Source of the DNA: Ascoidea asiatica JCM 7603
Taxonomy: Eukaryota > Fungi > Ascomycota
DNA: 64,000 nucleotides
Direction of reading: 5' to 3'
NCBI GenBank assembly: GCA_001600695.1
Contig: BCKQ01000006.1
Coordinates: 260,315-324,314 of the forward strand
In this document: piece by piece, positions 57,457-64,000 of the stretch
How positions within the stretch are numbered: the first letter of the stretch is position 1
How the letters are laid out: every line of letters begins with the position of its first letter
The notes under the pieces: model-generated
What the model was told of the DNA's origin: nothing
What the model saw: the letters and a program-made list of their open reading frames with translations, nothing else
Databases searched by the model: none
Program-made: the position numbers and the translations under genes

Positions 57457-58736
57457 TATTAGTAATCGAGTAAACTGAATTAATGTTTCATTTTTATAAA
57501 AGAAACATTTGATTGTTATATTTATATAAACTTACAATTTTTTGAATATATATCCTTACAGAAAATAACTACCAGAGTCTATTTAAAAGTTTTGATTATT
57601 TGCTTGACTCACTTTATGGATGATAACTTTCGTTGAATGAATTGAATTTAAACGTTTTTCATAAAACAAAATGAAGAGGGCAAGCTTTGCAAGATCATTT
57701 GTTTGTAAAACCTCAAGTTTACTGCAGAACTTCTTTTCTATTTTTATTGATGTATCTTTAAGTTCAAGACTGTTTCAATCTAAAATCATTAAAAGCATTC
57801 AAACAAGGCATTACAGCGAAGCATTGTATGCAGTATTGAAATAAAATCATACAGCTTCAGTAGTTGCTATTTATTCGAAGTCACTTTCGTTCGTTTTATA
57901 CTTACGATTATTGAAGTTTATTAGCTTCAATTGACTTCGACCCTGTTTTTGATTTTGAGAAAAGATAGTCTTCCTGTTATCAATTGTACTTCCATTTTAT
58001 CGGGATTTAAGGATCAAGATTATCGGATTAAAACCAATTGGTCAATAAGGTTTAGGGTACCCAATACAAGTGATTAGTGTCTGAAATGTATATATTATGA
58101 AGAGATTTCAAAAAGAATAAACATCTAATAATTATCCTATATGTTTTGGAGAAATTTAAGATTCAACATTTCAGTTGTATATTATATCATCAAAGCACAA
58201 CATATTTTAACCAGAGGAGTCAAGTATTTGAAGCAAACCAGACTGAATTTAGTTTAACCTTCTCAAAAATTCTTTAATAATACAAAAATTCAATAAAAAA
58301 AAGTATCGTCATTGAAAATAAACATAATTGGAAACAAAAAAGTAATAAAATGGATTGTTTAGTAAATGTAGTACTGGATAAGATAAATCGATCGGGAACT
58401 GATAAAAAAATTTGATTGGTGATTCTTTTTCTCAGCCCAGATTTTACTTTTCATAATATTGGTATGGATGAATTTTAATTTGTTCTTATCATTATGATGA
58501 TTCCTCATACCTTAAGATAAAAAATAATTATATTTATTCTAAGAGGATTTTTAACATACTGTATAGTGTCTGTTATTCAGAGATAAAAATCTTTGTTGAT
58601 TGAGAGTGTTTGAGTACTGTTTAAAGGGGAAAATCATATATATATTTGAGTTCTTCCTGTGAAAACATAAAACTTTAGAGCTTTCTTTTCTTTTCTTTTC
58701 TTTTGTTATATCCTCAGAGATTTGAATGAAAGCAAT

Positions 58737-60393
58737 ATGGAACATAAAATTGATTCTGAATACAGGCAGCTAACAGAAAAATTCACAAGAACTTGTGGTA
58801 AGTAAAAAAAAAAGCACTTCTATATTTGAAATAATACACTAGAAATAGTCAAAGAATAAAGACTAACAACATCAAAATGTTCTAACATATTGATATTAAT
58901 TAGATTTCTATGAATTATTTTTTTTTGTAAGAAATGAAATAAAGCTTTATAATAATAGTCTTTGTACTATAAAATTTTCAAATGAGCTAAATTTTCCATT
59001 ATTAATTAAATCATTAAGAATATTATGTTTAGAGAATTGTGGATTAGTTTTAACAGCAATTAGAAATGCTGAAATTAAAAATGGAGAGCCATCAATTTTA
59101 CCAATGAGAAAAATATTATTTAAAGATATTTTTAGTGATAAATTTATGAAAGAAAAAATAAGTTATGATATTAATGATGAAATGTTATATGAACTTGATA
59201 AAGAATTTTTTGATTTTAAATATGATGCACCATTATTCAAATTATTTTTACTTAAAGATTATAAAACTTTAATCATTGTTGGTAATCATGTTTTATATGA
59301 TGGAGGAGCATATATTTTATTTTTTAGAGAATTATTAAAATGTTTAGTTAAAATTACTAATGAAACAAATGAATATGATGAATTTGATGTTAACAAATTT
59401 GAACTTGACAATTATAAAAATGAAGTTATGTTTGATCTTAAAAAAGATCATAAAAGTTTAAAAAATATGCCACCAGGATTAGATCAAGCAGTTGAAGATT
59501 GTAATGCATCACCATTATATGCAATTAAAGAACTTTTTAAAACATTTGCATCAGTACAAATGAGAGATATGAGAATATTTGGAGGACCAATACCAAAATA
59601 TTGGGGAGGATATAATACTTGTAGTTTTGAATCAAAACAAAAAACATATTATAAATTATTAAGAATTGAACCTGAATTTGTTAAAAAAATTACAAGAAAT
59701 TGTAGAAAAAATGGAGTTACAGTTACACCATTTTTAGAAATTGCATATTATCTTATTTTAAATAAATATCTTCAATTAAATATTAAAAATGGAATTATTA
59801 AAAAGGGTGAATTTGGATATGATTATAATGCATTTAGAACATTTTTAGCAATTGATGGTAGAAGACATTATGTTAAAAAAGAAATACTTGAGAAAAATGA
59901 TGTTTTATTTGGATGTTATGCATTACAACTTGATTATTATACAGAAGCCAATAAATTCAAAGAAAATGATAATGAATTTAATTGGGATTATGTTATTGAA
60001 TCATCTAAGAAAATTATTAATATCACTCTGAATACTAGAGATCCTATTCATCATATGGCAATAATGAAATTTGTAAAACCAGAAAAGATTTTTTTATCAA
60101 ATACTGGTAAATCCAGAGAATCAACATTTCAAATTTCAAATCTTGGATTAGTTGATTTTGAGAAATATATTGAGAATGAAAATTTAGAGAATAAAAAAAA
60201 TTGGAAGATTATGGATATGGTTGGAAGCCAAAGTGTTGGACAAACAAGAACGTATATGAAGATGAATGTTGTTAGTACCAAAAAAGGAGGAATGTGCTTA
60301 CAATTTTGTGCTTTGGAAGAAGGAAAGCTACCATTCAGTAAAATGATTGATGAATTAGGTGATTTCTTGAGATCTGATGAATATATTTCCTAA
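58737..60393 (+). CDS. Alcohol/N-acetyltransferase (ATF1/SLI1 AATase family), two exons: 58737-58797 and 58904-60393
   Basis: HxxxDG motif (NHVLYDG) and FQISNLG. Splicing yields MEHKIDSEYRQLTEKFTRTCDFYELFFFVRNEIKLYNN..., in frame with the track ORF starting at 59104. Confidence 0.85.
58798..58903 (+). other. Spliceosomal intron, 106 nt
   Basis: GTAAGT donor, branch candidates GACTAAC (58861) and TTCTAAC (58880), TAG acceptor at 58901-58903; removal restores the frame. Confidence 0.85.
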
Positions 60394-62566
60394 CTTAATT
60401 ATTTTCATATACATTATTTGTTTTCATTTTCCTATATTTTCTGATCTATTCACTTTTAGAAGCTCTTTTTTTTCTTTATATTACTTTCTTTGAATCTTTT
60501 TACTTGGACTATATTGTTTGATTACCATTCAGTTATTATCATTTAACCCTATCATTAAATATTTCGAATAAACATCATCTATTACCATTTCCATTAAAGA
60601 TCATTATCAACAAACATTTCTATTCAATTTATTAGTGTTAACAGAAGACGATACCCGTGGGTGGGTCAGAAGCACCTCCATCTCGCTTATGTCAACATTC
60701 CTTTATTCCTGGCTCAGCAGCACAAAGCTGTAAACAACTGAGAAAAGCACTGCAACAGCAAAAACATCTGAGCATGCTTCTGAGTTAGTCAATGAAGAAG
60801 TTTGAGTTAGATTGTGCTCTATTGAATAATAATTAAAGATTGCTATTCCTTGCTCTTAGTTTTCATTTTATAAAACTTCCAATTACTACAGAAATCATTT
60901 GTATTTTGAAAATCAAATGATTAATCATAGAATAGCAAAAAAAGTATCAGTGACTGACTACGTTGTTACAAGCGAATGAAAATGTAAATTATAAAATAAG
61001 CAAACTTACCTTCATTGATTTTTATGGTAAAGATTGCTAAAAAATAGAAGAACAAAATAAATATTCCTAGAAGTGATATCTTCGGGCTATTGGAGTATAC
61101 AAATCAGAGTCTGTATTCCAAAGTACTCTGATACACAAAAAGTATAAAGTTGAGACTTAATTTCTTTTTGCTATTGTTCATATGTGAGAATTCTATAAAG
61201 CACGCAATAAAATACAGATTATAAAATAGAATCCACAGTTGAACTTCTATAGCTCATTGAATTATTTTTGCTCAACTTTATAATTTTGTTTTCTACTGCC
61301 TGATTTGAGAAATGATTGAATTTCTCAAGTATTCAATGAAAAAAATAGTCAAGTAAATACTATAAAGGGAAAATTTATATTCACTTTTTTGAAATATTTC
61401 CTTTGGCATTTAATTCGATTGGATTTTTGAAAATATTTCTAATTAACGATTATTTTTTTGAGCAGTTAATTTTATTTCCGAAAGAAGATAGAAATACTTT
61501 AGAAAAATGAAGAAATAAAAAGTTAATTTCAATGTTTTTTGAAGAAAACTTCATAGAAATTATTACATTGAGAAATTCAAAGTTCTATCACTAAAAATTT
61601 CATTTTAGAAATCAAGGTCAGAAAGATTATTGAAGAAAATTAGATTTGAAAAAAATTTAGCAATCTCACTTGATTGCTCACAAGTTGAACTTCAATCAAT
61701 TTTAAGTTTTGCTTCAAATGCTTTTTCTAGAAAATACAAATCAAAATGAATAATTTATCAGAAGAGTTAAAGAAAGATCAAGGTCATTATTCTGGATCAA
61801 TCACTGAAGATGAAGTTAAAACAAAATGGGTATATTATATCAAAAAATGAAATCAAAAATTATCCTTTGTCTAAATCACCATATTTGTTGATGTATTTTG
61901 AAATATGATTTGATTGCTTTTCCTTTCTTACTTTTTTAAGTTCTTAAGTGTAAGATTCTAGAATCATTATATTTATAGTATATTAATAGAAACTGAATTT
62001 TATGTATTCCACATATATTAAAAATTTGATTTATAAACAAAAAATCAGTTGCTTTTACTATCTTTTATGATTAATCACAATTAATTTGATTAATTAATTT
62101 GATTAATCAAAAGATTCTATCTAAAAATTTATAAATAAAAATGTACACAAATGTATTAGGAGGCATTCGAATGCCAAGAAGCATTCTTTATCAAAATAAA
62201 GTTATGCTTCCGCACTGGTTCATAACCAACTTTAAAAAATAAACAACAATGGGAATAATAACAACAATAGAAATATAACAAAGAATGCATTTTTAAAATA
62301 AAATATATATATTTATTTATTTTAATTTTTTTTGATTGCTTTATTTCACTCAAATCTTTTCAATTGTAATTTAATACTAAGTAAAATGTAACAGGCAAAA
62401 ATATTAATATAAAAGAAGGGCCTTCCTCCTTTTTCTTTTAATTTCTTCAAATTCTTAATTATATTTTCTTCTTTCTTCAAAGATTCTCAATTTGATTTTT
62501 TCCATATTAAATAACTAAACAATTACACTAATTAATATCTTTTATCAATAAAATAAAATTTCCAAG

Positions 62567-64000
62567 ATGACTATAAATATTTCAACTGCAAATACTTATG
62601 CTTCTCATTTATCAATCAAAATTCAACAAGGTGAAGATATCAAATTACCATTTAATATCAATCTCAATAAATACACTTTAAGAAACATTAAAAATAATTC
62701 TTTTAATTTTAATCCAATTGGTCTTTCTAAACTTATTCATCGTTATTCAAAATATAAAGAAGGAAGTGAACCTTCTTTATATGTGAGTAAAAAACACTCT
62801 AATGAGATTTTACCAGCTTTAGTTACAAATCCAAAATTAACTGGAGAACAAACAATTCCATTAATCAAGATTATAGCTCAATATAATAACGCGCGTGAAA
62901 CACATATTCCTTCTGGCGGTTCAATCAAAAATCCAATGTTTCATTCAGAATCAGTATTTGAAATTGAAAAAAATGGAACATTGAATATTAAGTTATATTC
63001 AAATTTACCAGATTCTTTGGTTCCCGGTGATTTAGGTATAAATCCAAAAAAAATATATCTTGGTTCAGTGAAAGTTAAGTTAAATCTTTTTAATAATTAT
63101 CATCCTACAGCAAAATCTATCAATATTTGTAAAGATATAGTTTATTATGGAAAAGTTAATGGTAAATTAAAATTTTTATTAGAATTTCAACCTTCTATTC
63201 TCTCTCCAAATTACTTATCTCTTTCTTTATTAAATGCTATAACAAGACCTATTGAAAAAACTCTTCCTCTTGAATTAATTAACTCAAAATTTTCTTCAAG
63301 CAATACAAAAATAAGTTTAGATGACTTCAAAGTAGAAAAACTTATTGGAAGTGGGGGGTTTGGTAAAGTTTTCTTGGTAACCAACAAAAATAATAATAAA
63401 ACTTATGCAATGAAATCCATTAATAAAACTTGTTTACTTGGAAGTGTACCATCCAATGAATTAATGACCGAACATAATATACTTTCAAAAGTTAAAAGTC
63501 CATTTATTGTTCCATTAAGATACTCTTTCCAAACAAAGAACGAATTATATTTAGTAATGGACTTCATTTGTGGAGGAGAACTATTTTTTCATTTGAGTAA
63601 TTCATATGAATTTAGTTTATCAAGAGCAAAATTATATGCAGCTGAAATCATTTGTGCTTTAGATGCACTTCATAAAAAAGATATAGTTTATAGAGATTTG
63701 AAACTTGAAAATCTACTTTTGGATGAAGAAGGTCATATAAAACTGTGTGATTTTGGTTTATCTAAAGAAAATGCTAAAGAAAATAAAAAACTCTATTCAA
63801 AATGTGGAACTCCGGTTTATATTTCACCTGAAATGATAAAAAGAGAAGGCTACGGAAAAGCAATCGATTGGTGGGCGCTTGGTGTTTTATTATATACAAT
63901 GTTGTTTGGGCGTTTACCATTTACAGGCAATAACTACTATCATTTAAAAGATTTAATTAAATATGCTCCAGTGAAGTTTCCTAAAAATGCAAATAAATTA
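62567..64000 (+). CDS. Divergent YPK1/Gad8-like AGC Ser/Thr kinase (3' truncated by window; absent from ORF track)
   Basis: Open frame from ATG at 62567. C2-like N-terminal region (LSIKIQQGEDIKLPF), then LIGSGGFGKV, YAMK, GGELFFHL, YRDLKLEN, LCDFG, CGTPVYISPE, DWWALG. Confidence 0.88.
   Translation, partial: MTINISTANTYASHLSIKIQQGEDIKLPFNINLNKYTLRNIKNNSFNFNPIGLSKLIHRYSKYKEGSEPSLYVSKKHSNEILPALVTNPKLTGEQTIPLIKIIAQYNNARETHIPSGGSIKNPMFHSESVFEIEKNGTLNIKLYSNLPDSLVPGDLGINPKKIYLGSVKVKLNLFNNYHPTAKSINICKDIVYYGKVNGKLKFLLEFQPSILSPNYLSLSLLNAITRPIEKTLPLELINSKFSSSNTKISLDDFKVEKLIGSGGFGKVFLVTNKNNNKTYAMKSINKTCLLGSVPSNELMTEHNILSKVKSPFIVPLRYSFQTKNELYLVMDFICGGELFFHLSNSYEFSLSRAKLYAAEIICALDALHKKDIVYRDLKLENLLLDEEGHIKLCDFGLSKENAKENKKLYSKCGTPVYISPEMIKREGYGKAIDWWALGVLLYTMLFGRLPFTGNNYYHLKDLIKYAPVKFPKNANKL

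Noticed and set aside
57671-57844. 57-codon ATG ORF downstream of the hydrolase
   Set aside because: Short, atypical codon usage, no motif.

Overview
This is a very AT-rich, gene-dense window from a budding-yeast (Saccharomycotina) nuclear chromosome, and many of its proteins carry poly-Asn tracts. The species cannot be fixed from sequence alone. Recognisable core genes, left to right: the 3' end of an ASA1-like WD40 gene, an AGP2-type permease, RIM1, an ERP1-type p24 protein, a PLM2/TOS4-type FHA factor, TRK1, OPY2, a NUP116-type nucleoporin, a SAP185/190-type protein, an RBM42-like RRM protein, ASG1, SUB1, MRT4 and ARA2. An intron-containing alcohol/N-acetyltransferase and a YPK1-like kinase running off the window end were mis-called or missed by the ORF track. 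Among these sit several intact but remodelled genes: a CCC2-like P1B ATPase with no catalytic or metal-binding motifs left, an FHA-only copy of the PLM2/TOS4 gene, a doubled UPF0658-type membrane protein, and an orphan made of two Cys-depleted CSS2-like domains with no signal peptide. A bacterial-type CocE/NonD hydrolase shares a composite TTATCCG promoter element with the AGP2-type permease 51 kb away, suggesting an uptake-plus-hydrolysis regulon. A compact four-hairpin element at 32.5 kb is a candidate structured RNA. No rRNA, tRNA, CRISPR array or intact mobile element was seen. All family assignments come from recognising motifs by eye, not from database searches.
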